This document shows, in pieces, positions 1-11,188 of a stretch of DNA of 64,000 nucleotides. Position 1 is the first letter of the stretch, and every line of letters starts with the position of its first letter. This DNA comes from Phycisphaerae bacterium. GTDB lineage: Bacteria; Planctomycetota; Phycisphaerae; UBA1845; PWPN01. Both the position numbers and the translations under genes were made by a program. The stretch covers positions 500 through 64,499 of the forward strand of contig JAAXZI010000223.1 of the NCBI GenBank assembly GCA_012719955.1, in the 5' to 3' direction. A model generated the notes under the pieces. The model was not told the origin of the DNA and made no database searches. It was given only the letters and a program-made list of their open reading frames with translations.

Positions 1-1411
<1,411 letters not shown>

Positions 1412-1480
1412 GTTTGCCTCACGTTCTTGCGGACCCTCTGGGCCAACCCCATCCTGGGATTCCGGCCGCGAGGCGGGCTT

Positions 1481-1948
1481 TTACGCGCCCTCCCTCGTGC
1501 TCTGAACCTGTCCGGGCCGCGGGGGCAGGTTGTAGACCGTCGACGGATAGTGATCCACGAGATACGCCACTATGTGCTTGGCCGAGACAATCCCGACCGG
1601 CACGTCGTCCTCACTCACGACGGGCAAATGTCGATAGTGCCCCTGAAACATGATACGGATCGCCGAGGCGATCGGGTCGCCGCATCGAATGGTGACCGGC
1701 TCGGGCGTCATGTACGGTTCAATCGGCGAAGCGGGATCGACGCGACGGACCAGGATGCGCTTGATGAGGTCGCGATCGGTGAAGATCCCCACCAGGCGCC
1801 GGCCGCGGCAGATCAATGCATATCCGGCCCGGACACTGCGCATAACCTGCACCGTCCGCCGTACGCTTGTCTCCGGCGCAACGATCAGCGGCTCCTCCAG
1901 CGGGAGCTGGGTGACGTTGTCATAGCACAGGTTCTCGCGGAGGCCCAC
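1481..1948 (-). CDS. CBS-domain pair protein
   Basis: LVGIFTDRDL and YRHLPVV...VGIVS CBS motifs; co-oriented directly upstream of korA. Confidence 0.88.
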   Translation of the reverse strand: MGLRENLCYDNVTQLPLEEPLIVAPETSVRRTVQVMRSVRAGYALICRGRRLVGIFTDRDLIKRILVRRVDPASPIEPYMTPEPVTIRCGDPIASAIRIMFQGHYRHLPVVSEDDVPVGIVSAKHIVAYLVDHYPSTVYNLPPRPGQVQSTREGA

Positions 1949-2019
1949 CGAATCGTCTCCGGAATTGAAACCTCTTCAGCTTATCGCATCACCCGGCGTT
2001 TTCAAGTGCCGGTCGGCTA

Positions 2020-2042
2020 ATGTTGCATAAAAACTGCAACAT
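2020..2042. promoter_or_regulatory. Perfect 8-bp inverted repeat, candidate operator
   Basis: ATGTTGCA-TAAAAAC-TGCAACAT in the AT-rich gap between divergent CBS genes. Confidence 0.5.
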
Positions 2043-2146
2043 ATTTTATCGAGCGGCCGTCGAAAGCGCGGGTGGAGTTCACCGGATTCTTATCGGGCAT
2101 GTGCGCCGATCCGACTCAACGTGCGGAATTCCCTGCTCGTTCCGCT

Positions 2147-2196
2147 TTTCACGAGACTTCGCGACATCTTTCACGAATGCGCGTTCCATTTTTCAC
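2147..2196. promoter_or_regulatory. Three phased TTTCAC direct repeats (22-bp period), candidate regulator-binding array
   Basis: TTTCAC starts at 2147, 2169 and 2191. Confidence 0.45.
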
Positions 2197-2309
2197 AAAT
2201 CTTCTCCTGGTAAATCCGCGCGTGCTGAATTTGCAGCCGGAAATAGCCGAAGAGGGTTCCGGGCAACCTCCACTGTCGGGCAGGAGGAATTGCTGGAGAA
2301 GGAGCAGCC

Positions 2310-3131
2310 ATGATCATTCGCGAGCTGGGTCTGCGCCCGCCGGTGCACATTTCACCGTTCAGCACCACGGACGAAGCCATCGACCTGATGTGGCAAAACG
2401 ACATCCGCCACCTGCTGGTGACGGATCGTGATGGATTCGTCGGCCTGGTGACCGACGGCGACCTGCTCGAGAGCGTGGGCATGTTGACGCGGGCCGAGCG
2501 CGAATGCCTGTTCCCCGGCGCGAGCGAAGAGATACTGGTCGCGGACATCATGGACGCCGAGGCCATCTGCGTCACGCCCGAAACCCTTCTGACCGATGCC
2601 GCCCATCACATGATTTACGGCATGCGCACGGCTTTGCCGGTGGTGGAGGACGGCGAGCTGGTGGGCATTGTGACCGAGATGGATCTGCTGGGCCTGTTCA
2701 ATGATCCGAGCTGCGCGACCGCGGCCATGCTGCGCGACGAGCCGGTGATCAACCACAGCTCGCGGGTGCTGCGGACCGTCACGCGCCACGAACGTCTGCG
2801 CAAGGTTTGTGAGAAACTGAACGGCAGCAAGCATCACCACGTGCTGGTGGTCGAGGACGGTCGGCTGGTGGGGGTGATCTCCGACTGGGATGTGCGCATG
2901 GTCATCGGACGCTCCCAGGTGGGCCAATGGCTCGACCGGCCCATCGATGACATCATCGTGTCCGGCATCACCTTCCGGCCCGACGAGACCCTGGACCGCG
3001 TCGCCTGGCTGATGCGCGAGGAAAAACTCACCGCCGTGCCCATCACCACCCCCGACGATCTGCTCATGAGCATGGTGACCGTCACCGACCTGCTGCGCGT
3101 GCTGGTGGCCGACGCGGTCATCCACGCCTGA
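2310..3131 (+). CDS. Tandem CBS-domain protein (two CBS pairs)
   Basis: IRHLLV/VGLVTDGDL, ALPVV/LVGIVTEMDL, HHVLVV/LVGVISDWD and AVPI/MSMVTVTDLL motifs; AAGGAG SD. Confidence 0.88.
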   Translation: MIIRELGLRPPVHISPFSTTDEAIDLMWQNDIRHLLVTDRDGFVGLVTDGDLLESVGMLTRAERECLFPGASEEILVADIMDAEAICVTPETLLTDAAHHMIYGMRTALPVVEDGELVGIVTEMDLLGLFNDPSCATAAMLRDEPVINHSSRVLRTVTRHERLRKVCEKLNGSKHHHVLVVEDGRLVGVISDWDVRMVIGRSQVGQWLDRPIDDIIVSGITFRPDETLDRVAWLMREEKLTAVPITTPDDLLMSMVTVTDLLRVLVADAVIHA

Positions 3132-3163
3132 CAGCCCGGAATTAGCGCGGCTTTCTCCTCAGA

Positions 3164-3240
3164 CTGATCAGACCGAACAGACCGAACAGACCGATCAGTC
3201 GGATCAGTCGGATCAGTCGGATCAGTCCGATCGGTCTGAC
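3164..3240. repeat. 9-mer GATC-containing tandem repeat array
   Basis: ctgatcaga-ccgaacaga-ccgaacaga-ccgatcagt-cggatcagt x3-ccgatcggt between convergent genes. Confidence 0.85.
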
Positions 3241-3276
3241 CGGCACCCCTGTGCCTGCCTGATCCGCACAACGCTT

Positions 3277-4284
3277 CTACTGGTCACTGCCGGCCGGAAA
3301 CGTGGCGGGGGCTTCGGCGGTGAGCGGCTGGGCTTCAATCAGCTTGAAATGCACCGGCCCGTTGCTCGTTTCGGCGTCGATGCGTCCGCCGCCGCCGTTT
3401 AAGATGGCGGAAAGCGCGTCGTCTCCGTCCTCGCGGTCGGCGACCTGGGCGCCGGACAGGTCCGCGCGGATGCGAGCGTTGGTCGTGTTCAGGTCCAGGG
3501 CGGCGCGCACGTGGCGCGGCACCTCAACCTGGACGTGCGCGTTGGAGGTCTCGATCCGGATCTGAGGCTCGGAGGCCAGCGAAGGCGCTCTCAGCTCGAC
3601 GGGGCCGTTGCTCGATACCAGCGTCACCTCGCCGCGCGGATCGATCGCACGAATGCGGGCATTGCTGGTCTTGGCGACTACGCACTGCCGCCCGCACGCT
3701 TCGATGTCGATGTCGCCGTTGGAGGAGACGGCCCGTACGTCGCCGGCGATGCGCCGGGCAATCACCTGGGCATTGGAGGTCCTTGCCTCGAGGTTGCCTT
3801 CGATGGCTTCCACCTCCACCGGGCCGTTACTGGTCCGCACATCGACATCCCCTCGAGCGCCGGCCGCGGCGACGCTGCCATTGCTGGTGCGCAGCCGTAA
3901 AGCCAGGTTGGCCGGCAGGGATATCTGGAAGTTGGCCCCCGCGCTGCCATCCGGGAATTTTGGAATGGAGGCCTTGATGCGCAGCACCTCGGGCTTGTCC
4001 GCCTCCCGCTGGGCTTCGATCTGAATCTGGTCCAGCCGCTGGCGGGCGACTTCACGGCTGGAGGCCCGGACGTATTTGTCTCCGGCAATGTCGGCCTCGC
4101 CGCCGGAGCCGTTGCAGCGCACATCGATGCGGCCGTTCTGCGTCTCCACTACCACCAGGCTCACCCCCTGGAGGTCGGCTTTCTGATGGAAACCCGTCTC
4201 CACCCGGCTGGAGCCACCCCGCCAGCCGCAACCTGCCAGCAGGCCCACGGCCACAATCCCGATCCATCCTGTTGTCCGAGTCAT
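3277..4284 (-). CDS. DUF4097-type beta-strand repeat lipoprotein (adhesin-like)
   Basis: LLAGC lipobox; many (R/K/E)TSNG/TSNA-x-I/V repeats. Confidence 0.8.
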   Translation of the reverse strand: MTRTTGWIGIVAVGLLAGCGWRGGSSRVETGFHQKADLQGVSLVVVETQNGRIDVRCNGSGGEADIAGDKYVRASSREVARQRLDQIQIEAQREADKPEVLRIKASIPKFPDGSAGANFQISLPANLALRLRTSNGSVAAAGARGDVDVRTSNGPVEVEAIEGNLEARTSNAQVIARRIAGDVRAVSSNGDIDIEACGRQCVVAKTSNARIRAIDPRGEVTLVSSNGPVELRAPSLASEPQIRIETSNAHVQVEVPRHVRAALDLNTTNARIRADLSGAQVADREDGDDALSAILNGGGGRIDAETSNGPVHFKLIEAQPLTAEAPATFPAGSDQ

Positions 4285-4374
4285 GTCGTATCTCCCGCAT
4301 CAAGGAATCGCGATCCGGGCGCAAAGTACGCCTGCAGGGATAGACACGCTACCGGGCAGGATGTTTCAAGTGAC

Positions 4375-4698
4375 TTACGATTTATTTGGTGCTTCCAGCA
4401 TCTTGCGGGTGTGGTCCTGGAGCTGCGGATGGATGCGGCCGGCCAGGGCGGCCAGCAGCCAGGGCAGGTCCACCTCGATGTGCACGGCGTCTTGACCGAC
4501 ATCCACCCGCCCGGTGACCGACTGCCCCAGGATTCCTACGTGGAAATCCAGGTGGTTGCCGGTCCAGCGTTCCTCGATCCTGGCGAAGCTGCCGGTGTAT
4601 TTCTCGCGGGCCTCGGTGACGCCCGCCGCAATCCGTGTACGCGCCTCGTCTTGGGTCAGGCGGTGGGGAACGTCTATGGTAAGCGTCTTGGTGGTCAT
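4375..4698 (-). CDS. Polyhydroxyalkanoic acid system family protein
   Basis: TIDVPHRLTQDEAR...WTGNHLDF...VTGRVDV...IEVDLPWLL pattern typical of the family. Confidence 0.75.
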   Translation of the reverse strand: MTTKTLTIDVPHRLTQDEARTRIAAGVTEAREKYTGSFARIEERWTGNHLDFHVGILGQSVTGRVDVGQDAVHIEVDLPWLLAALAGRIHPQLQDHTRKMLEAPNKS

Positions 4699-4793
4699 AT
4701 CGCCCTTAGTGTAAGCGCGTCTCCGAAGATTGTCCCGGCAAGAGCTGATGAGCTGTCCATCACCAGCGGGGATAGAGTCCCCCTCATCATCCC

Positions 4794-5720
4794 TTACTCA
4801 GGATTCTCTCGCGCGGTGGCGGTCCGCGGCTTCACCCAGCCGTTGAGGCGCATCCAGTCCGCACAGCGCTCCGGCCACGATCGCAGGAACGGGTCGTTCG
4901 CGGCCAGGCCCACGCCGTGGGGCCCCGGCTGGTAAATGTGCAGTTCGGCGGGCACCTTGGCCTTCCGCAAGGCCAGGTAAAACAGCACGCTGTTCTCCGG
5001 CGGGACGCCCGTGTCCGCATCCGTGTGGAAAAGGAACGTCGGGGGCGTTTGCGGTGTGACCTGCTTTTCGCTGGAGAGCTCCTCGATGAGCTTGGGGTCG
5101 GGCGGATCGCCGATCAGGTTGCTCCGCGAACCGCGGTGGAGCTTCGGCTCCGTAAAGGTGATCACCGGGTAGCAGAGGATCAGGAAATCGGGGCGCGAGC
5201 TGACGCGCTCGATGCGGTCCTCGGCGGAAGCGTTGCCCGCGTCGAAGTGCGTGCCGGCCGTGGACGCGAGGTGCCCCCCGGCCGAGAAACCCATGATGCC
5301 GATCTGGTTGGGGTTGATCTTCCATTCGTCGGCCCGGGCCCGGACCGTGCGGATGGCCCGTTGTGCATCCTGCAGCGGGGCGGGGTGGCGGTAGCGCGGA
5401 GCGAGCCGATACTGCAGAACGAAGCCGGCCACCCCCAGCGAGTTGAGCCACCGGGCAACGGCCGTGCCTTCCTTCTCCACGGCCAGGTGCGCGTAGCCGC
5501 CACCGGGGCAGATGACCACGGCAGCGCCGGTGGCCTTGTCGGCGGGCGGCAGGTGGATCGTGAGGGTGGGCTTGTCGGCGGCCTCGTTGCCGACCGCGCC
5601 CGGGACGCCGTTCGGCCAGAGTGGTATCGTCGGAGGCGACGTGGCCGGTTCCTGTGCGCCGGCGGGCGCGATGATGAGGAGGGAAAGCAGGCCGAGCGTG
5701 AATACGTTCTTGTGCAGCAT
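4794..5720 (-). CDS. Secreted alpha/beta hydrolase (acetyl/carbohydrate esterase-like)
   Basis: Signal peptide; ICPGGGY oxyanion motif, GFSAGG nucleophile, D (HTDAD) and H (GPHGVG). Confidence 0.88.
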   Translation of the reverse strand: MLHKNVFTLGLLSLLIIAPAGAQEPATSPPTIPLWPNGVPGAVGNEAADKPTLTIHLPPADKATGAAVVICPGGGYAHLAVEKEGTAVARWLNSLGVAGFVLQYRLAPRYRHPAPLQDAQRAIRTVRARADEWKINPNQIGIMGFSAGGHLASTAGTHFDAGNASAEDRIERVSSRPDFLILCYPVITFTEPKLHRGSRSNLIGDPPDPKLIEELSSEKQVTPQTPPTFLFHTDADTGVPPENSVLFYLALRKAKVPAELHIYQPGPHGVGLAANDPFLRSWPERCADWMRLNGWVKPRTATARENPE

Positions 5721-5812
5721 CTGACAGCTCCTTATGATCGGCGATCAATCTCTCATTAAACGGGCCCCGGGTCAAGGCGGCCCGCAGACAGGTCTTGCAA
5801 ACAGGTGGGATC

Positions 5813-7459
5813 ATGAACAAGCTTCGTGAGGTTCTTTTGGTTGCGTTGATGGTTGGAACCTGTGTGCCGGCGGCGCTGGCCGACGTGCCGGCGGGTGCGT
5901 CCCCCAGCCGGCCCGCGGAGGCTCCCGCGGATCTTTGGCCCCTGGCCCGCAAGCATGCGGAGACGTTCCGCTTCTCGACCCTGTTTACCGCGCAGGAGGT
6001 GCGCGACTGGCTGTCCAAACCGGATGGAATCACAGAAGCCATCCGCTGGTGCCGGGCCACCGCCGTGACCCGCGTCTTTGTGGAGACGTTCCGCGACGGC
6101 TACACCGCCGATCGCGACACGCTGGTGCGGGCCAGGGACGCTTTCAAGGAGGCGGGTCTGCTGGTCAGCGGATGCGTGACGACCACGGATATCGGGCGCG
6201 AAAGCGTCCGCGGGTGGCGGTTTCCCTGTTTCTCGGAGCAGGCGGGACTGAACAACCTGAAGCGCATCTTCGAATACACGGCCGGGCTCTTTGACGAGAT
6301 CATGATCGACGATTTCCTCGCCACCATGTGCGAGTGCGAGGATTGCGTCAAAGCCCGCGGTGAGAAATCCTGGAGCCAGTTTCGCCTCGAACAAATGGCG
6401 GACGTTTCCAGGCGGTACGTGCTTGAACCGGCGCGTCGGATCAATCCCAGGGTGAAGCTCATCATCAAGTACCCGTGTTGGTACGACGCGTTCCACCAGG
6501 GTGGGTACGACGTGGCCGGCCAGACGGCCATGTTCGACAAGATGTGGGTGGGCACGGAAACCCGCGATCCAGACAATTTGGAGTGGGGCCACAAGCCGCA
6601 GTACGAGGCCTACTTCATCATGCGCTGGCTGGGCCAAGTAGGGGGGGCCAAGTGCGGCGGCGGATGGTTCGACTACCTGGGCACGACCCCGCCCACCTAC
6701 CTGGAGCAGGCTCGTCAGACTGTTTTGGGCGGGGCCCGTGAGGCGATGCTGTTCTGTTACGGCGGCCTGCATACCTCGGGCGGCCAGGCGGACGTGGAAG
6801 CGCTGCGCAAGGAAATACCCGGACTGTTCGAGCTGGCCGAATTGGTTCACGGCAAGAAGCCCTGGGGCATCGCCGCGCCCAAGCCGCCCAACAGCGATGC
6901 GCACGGCAACATGTACGTGTATGGCTTCATCGGTATGCTGGGCCTGCCGCTGGTGCCGGAGGCGCGCGTGCGGGCGGACGTGCAGGCGGCGTTCCTGCCC
7001 GTGCAGGCGCTCAAGCACCCCCAGACACCGGCCGTCATCGCAAAGATAATGGAGGCGAAAACGCCGGTTCTGCTGACCCGCCAGCTTGCGGAGAAACTTC
7101 CGAAGGATCTCCGGCTGGAGGGGAACGTGGAGGTGCTGGACATCCCTGCCGATGCCTGGGAGCTGGTGAATCTACCGCGGGAACGTCTGCGTGCCATTCG
7201 CAAACACCTGCTGACGCCGTTGGGCATGGAGTTTGAAGCCCCCTCGCGTGTGGCCCTGTACCTGTTTGACGAGGGTCTCGTGGCGGTGGAGAACTTCAAC
7301 GATTTCGAGGTGGAGGCCCAGGTGACGCTGCGGGGCGCATCCCGGCCGGAATTGGCCCTGGCCCTGCCGGCGGGCTCGACGAAGGTAATGGCCGCAGAGA
7401 ACGGCGCGACGCTGAAGATCCAGCCACGTTCGCTGGCCATGCTGCGCTTCAAGCGGTGA
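5813..7459 (+). CDS. Secreted hypothetical protein, probable glycoside-hydrolase-like TIM barrel
   Basis: Signal peptide from ATG 5813; FDEIMIDDF, CECEDC and WVGTETR motifs; neighbours are an esterase and a sulfatase. Fold call is inference. Confidence 0.5.
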   Translation: MNKLREVLLVALMVGTCVPAALADVPAGASPSRPAEAPADLWPLARKHAETFRFSTLFTAQEVRDWLSKPDGITEAIRWCRATAVTRVFVETFRDGYTADRDTLVRARDAFKEAGLLVSGCVTTTDIGRESVRGWRFPCFSEQAGLNNLKRIFEYTAGLFDEIMIDDFLATMCECEDCVKARGEKSWSQFRLEQMADVSRRYVLEPARRINPRVKLIIKYPCWYDAFHQGGYDVAGQTAMFDKMWVGTETRDPDNLEWGHKPQYEAYFIMRWLGQVGGAKCGGGWFDYLGTTPPTYLEQARQTVLGGAREAMLFCYGGLHTSGGQADVEALRKEIPGLFELAELVHGKKPWGIAAPKPPNSDAHGNMYVYGFIGMLGLPLVPEARVRADVQAAFLPVQALKHPQTPAVIAKIMEAKTPVLLTRQLAEKLPKDLRLEGNVEVLDIPADAWELVNLPRERLRAIRKHLLTPLGMEFEAPSRVALYLFDEGLVAVENFNDFEVEAQVTLRGASRPELALALPAGSTKVMAAENGATLKIQPRSLAMLRFKR

Positions 7460-7460
7460 A

Positions 7461-7495
7461 AAAACTGAGAACTGAGAACTGAAAACTGATAACTC
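7461..7495. repeat. 7-mer tandem repeat (ARAACTG x5)
   Basis: aaaactg-agaactg-agaactg-aaaactg-ataactc in the 51-bp gap between convergent genes. Confidence 0.8.
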
Positions 7496-7510
7496 GCAGG
7501 CGAAGCCCTC

Positions 7511-8959
7511 TTACCGCTCTGGCCGTGTAGTCGGCAAGCGGCGCAACAGCTCCCGCATCTGCCCGGCGGTCTCCCTCTTTGCAGGGTCCGTGGCAAGATT
7601 GCGAAGCTCCTGCGGGTCGGTCTCGTGGTCGTAGAGCTGTGTGCCTTTCTTGCCCTCGTCCCACTCGATGTAACGCCATCGTTCCGTGCGGACGCTCTGG
7701 CCGAGGAACGGCGGGCGCTCCAGCCGTCGATACACCTCCGTATAGGCCGGGCGGGTCCACTCGCGCTGCGGATCCTCCAGCAGTGGCCGCAGGCTCACGC
7801 CCTCCAGACGCTTGGGCGCGGGCAGGCCGGCCAGTTCGGCCAGCGTGGGATACACGTCCACCAGTTCCACCGTGCGCGGGCAACTGTGGCCGTTGCCCTT
7901 CATGCCCGGGGCCGAAATGATGAGCGGCACGCGGGCGGATTCCTCAAACAGGCTGTTCTTCTGCCACTGCCCATGCTGGCCCAGCATCCAGCCATGATCC
8001 CCGAAGAAGACCACGATGGTGTTGTCCGCCAGGCCGAGACGTTCGAGGGCCTCCAGCAGCCGGCCGACCTGGGCGTCCACGAAGCTCACGCACGCGTAAT
8101 AGCCGCGGATGAATCGGCGGCAGTCGTCAGGGGCCACGCCGTGGTTGAGTGGCTGGGTCCACAGGGCCGCCGGGGGAATGTCCTTCATGTGCTCCGGCGG
8201 CTCCTCCGGCAGCTTGATCTTTTCGAGCGGGTAGAGATCGAAATACTTCTTCGGGGCGATGCAGGGCAGGTGCGGACGATAGAAGCCGGCGGCGATGAAG
8301 AACGGCTTGTCGCGGTGCTTTTCGAGCAGTCGGATGGTTTCGAGCGTCACCCTGCCGTCGGTCTGCTCGTCGTCCGTGCCTTCGGCGGCCAGCCAGGCCA
8401 GCGCCGAGCCGAGGCTCTTGTGCCAGGGCATGTAGTTGATCAGGTCATCCTCGTCCTCGGTGCGGTCCCGCCCGATGGGGTTGATGGAGACGGTCCACGA
8501 GGGCGGATCGTCCATGCCGTCCGTGCCGATTTCCATGGGGACGCCATAGTGAAAGACCTTGCCCACCCGGGCGGCGAAATAGCCGTGGTTCTTGAACAAT
8601 TGCGACATGGTGACCGCATCAGGCACATTCTCGCGGAAGTGAACCTGGTTGTTGCGCACCCCGGTGGTCGCGGGGCGCAGACCGGTCATGAAGGACGCTC
8701 GGCTGGGATTGCACAGCGGATACTGGCAATACGCTCGATCGAAGCGCACGCCCTGGCGGGCCAGGCGGTCGATGTGGGGCGACTGCACCACCGGATGACC
8801 GTAGCAGCCCAGGGAGGCATTGAGATCATCGCTGAGAATGAGGAGGACGTTGAGTTTCTTCGGCGCGGCCGGTTCGGCCGCCAGCACGCTGGCGCTTACG
8901 GCCAGTGACACCAGGCCGACGTATCGAGCGACGGAATTCAGCATCGTGGTCCTCCTCAT
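7511..8959 (-). CDS. Sulfatase (iduronate-2-sulfatase-like)
   Basis: LLILSDDL, CNPSRASFMTGLRP (CxPxR formylglycine motif), GKVFH, GFYRPHLP, GDHG...WQKNSLFE. Confidence 0.93.
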   Translation of the reverse strand: MRRTTMLNSVARYVGLVSLAVSASVLAAEPAAPKKLNVLLILSDDLNASLGCYGHPVVQSPHIDRLARQGVRFDRAYCQYPLCNPSRASFMTGLRPATTGVRNNQVHFRENVPDAVTMSQLFKNHGYFAARVGKVFHYGVPMEIGTDGMDDPPSWTVSINPIGRDRTEDEDDLINYMPWHKSLGSALAWLAAEGTDDEQTDGRVTLETIRLLEKHRDKPFFIAAGFYRPHLPCIAPKKYFDLYPLEKIKLPEEPPEHMKDIPPAALWTQPLNHGVAPDDCRRFIRGYYACVSFVDAQVGRLLEALERLGLADNTIVVFFGDHGWMLGQHGQWQKNSLFEESARVPLIISAPGMKGNGHSCPRTVELVDVYPTLAELAGLPAPKRLEGVSLRPLLEDPQREWTRPAYTEVYRRLERPPFLGQSVRTERWRYIEWDEGKKGTQLYDHETDPQELRNLATDPAKRETAGQMRELLRRLPTTRPER

Positions 8960-9096
8960 CGGTACATCGAGTTCCCAGTCCCGACGCCCGAGTCAAAATC
9001 GGCCAGGCCTGCCGCAGCGATCTGCCTGACTTTCCTGAGTCAACGTCTTTGTTGAGACCGTACTCTTCTCTCCGCTTCAGGCTGGAGATTTCATGT

Positions 9097-10296
9097 TCAT
9101 GTTCCGAACACCCGGCGGCGGGTGGCACGGTCCAGCAGCGGCACCAGTGTGTTGGCGATCAACAGGGCCCAGTATCCCGCCGCCGGCACGCCGGTGAGAA
9201 TACGCAAGCCCACTGCCAATCCGCCGATCAGGGCCCCGAACAGCGCGTGCCCGCGGGTGGTGAGCGGCGAACTGGTCGGGTCGGCGGCCAGCAGCATCAG
9301 TACAAACAGGAGCTCGCCGGCGGTCAAGTGGTACAAAACGTAGACCAGACCCACCGGCAGCCCCTCGTAGACACTGATCCCGGGCAGCCAGTGCCACTGC
9401 TGCGGCCCCTTTGCCGGCTGGAGCGTAACCGGCAGGATGGCCGCCAGTATCGCAACCGCCAGCACCCCGGCCACCGGCAATGACCAGCGCGCCAGTCCCC
9501 GCCACAACAGCAGCAGACCCCCCAGAATGACCGCCAGCCCACAAGCCTCCCCAATGGCGCCGCCGGCCACGCCGGTGAGCGTGTGCGACCAGGGTGGCAG
9601 CGCATCGCGAACCAGGGCGGCCAGCGCCTTGGCGGCCGACGCGTTCTCCGGGACAGGGATGGCCGAGGCCAGCACATCGGCCGGACGCTGAACCTCCCAG
9701 GCCTGGGCGCCATAGGGCAGCGGCTCGCAGGCCCAGGTGGCTGGTGGGGGCAGGGGACGCGCGGCGCTCAGGTTGCCCCACAGCAGGTATTCCTTGTCCA
9801 GCACCGGCCAGTGCGGCGGCGTCAACTGCGCGGGGAAGAGTATCTGAACCACCACCCGGGCCAGCGCCACCGGGTGCCAGAGATAATTGCCCAGCCCGCC
9901 GGTCATGACCAGCCCGGCCAAAACGGCCAGCGCCGCGGCCAGCAGCGGGACCGGCCAGTAGACGGTGGGCGGCAAGGTACATGCGGTCAGCATGCCCACC
10001 AGGGCGGCGGTGCCCTCGGCGCCTCTCTCGCTGCGCCCGAGCACCGCGCGGGCGGCCGAGTCGATCAGGACCGCCGACGCGACGCAGATGGCCAGCACGC
10101 GAATGGTATTCCAGCCAAAAAGAACCAACCCGGACGCTAGCACGATGGCGGCGGCCAGAATGAACATGCGGGTCACGGACGAAAGCCCCCGGCCGGCGCG
10201 CAAGTAGGGAGGCGCGCCAACTCGCAGCATTCCTGGCTGGGGCAGTGGGATGAGACGCTCGTCAGGCATCTCCAGGCTTATACAGCAGGATGCCAA
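9097..10296 (-). CDS. rnfD: RnfD/NqrB-family membrane protein, atypical and orphan
   Basis: GGLGNYLWHPVA, GGAIGE, HL.AGELLF...ADP.SSPLT..G...FG..IG, ALLIANTLVPLLD...R.FG. True start may be downstream of 10296. Confidence 0.78.
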   Translation of the reverse strand: MASCCISLEMPDERLIPLPQPGMLRVGAPPYLRAGRGLSSVTRMFILAAAIVLASGLVLFGWNTIRVLAICVASAVLIDSAARAVLGRSERGAEGTAALVGMLTACTLPPTVYWPVPLLAAALAVLAGLVMTGGLGNYLWHPVALARVVVQILFPAQLTPPHWPVLDKEYLLWGNLSAARPLPPPATWACEPLPYGAQAWEVQRPADVLASAIPVPENASAAKALAALVRDALPPWSHTLTGVAGGAIGEACGLAVILGGLLLLWRGLARWSLPVAGVLAVAILAAILPVTLQPAKGPQQWHWLPGISVYEGLPVGLVYVLYHLTAGELLFVLMLLAADPTSSPLTTRGHALFGALIGGLAVGLRILTGVPAAGYWALLIANTLVPLLDRATRRRVFGT

Positions 10297-10342
10297 TGGG
10301 AGCCAGCCATACGCCGCTGGTCAGGCCGCCGCCCGACTCCGT

Positions 10343-10413
10343 ACCGGCCGTTTTCCATAAATATCTGTAGCCGCCGGGCTCTGTACCGGCCGTTTTAGCC
10401 ACACCGGCCGTTT
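10343..10413. repeat. GTAG-type REP-like cluster
   Basis: GTAGCCGCCGGGCTCTGTACCGGCCGTTTT at 10367, plus partial ACCGGCCGTTT copies at 10343 and 10403. Confidence 0.7.
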
Positions 10414-10555
10414 CACGGACACAACGCCTGCCCGCGTTCAGATTCTTAAAGGCCAGCAGGATGCCCGCCCCCCGTTCGGATCCGGGGGGCCGGAAAGGAG
10501 ATGACCGGTCACCGTGACATGATCAGGCAGATGAACCGGCCGTCCCTGGGGCATT

Positions 10556-11044
10556 TCAGGGCTGCGCGCCCAACTTCGCCAGAGGAGCGCTGCGGCGCAG
10601 CAGGCCTGAAAGGCTCAGCTTGCCTGGGCCGGTAAAGGCCAGGCCGAACAAAACCACGCCCAGCGTGAGGGCGTATTCCATGCCGCCATGTCGGATGTCG
10701 AAGGCTTTGCTGTGAACCAGCAGGATAGCCACCAGCATGTTGATGGCCATGGGAACGGCCACAATGCGGGTCGCAAGGCCCAACAGGATGGCCAGGCCAC
10801 CGAAAAATTCCACACACGCCGAGACGGTCGCGCTGGCGAAAGCCAAGGGTACGCCCATCCCGGAGAGCATGTCTGCAAACTGGCTCAACGCGCCGGAGGG
10901 GAAGAGTTTGTGGGCGCCATGATAGATGAACACAATGCCGATGATGAGTCGAATGGCCAGCAGGCCGATATCGGTTCCGGTGATCGGGCCGATGGAGAGC
11001 GCCGCCGGAGTGACCGGTTCTCGAGTGGATGGGACGGTAGCCAT
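10556..11044 (-). CDS. DoxX family membrane protein
   Basis: LLAIRLIIGIVFIYHGAHKL, EFFGGLAILLGLATR, GGMEYAL. Confidence 0.92.
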   Translation of the reverse strand: MATVPSTREPVTPAALSIGPITGTDIGLLAIRLIIGIVFIYHGAHKLFPSGALSQFADMLSGMGVPLAFASATVSACVEFFGGLAILLGLATRIVAVPMAINMLVAILLVHSKAFDIRHGGMEYALTLGVVLFGLAFTGPGKLSLSGLLRRSAPLAKLGAQP

Positions 11045-11188
11045 GATAGATCTCCTCTTCCGACACCATGAGAACTTTATGGCGAGAAATGTGCGCAGAT
11101 CAATTGTACCAAAAGATTCCAGGGGCGGTGTCGCAAAATGAACCCGCGGCAGAAAGTGGTGACAATCTCGAAAAACGTCTGCCTCGGG

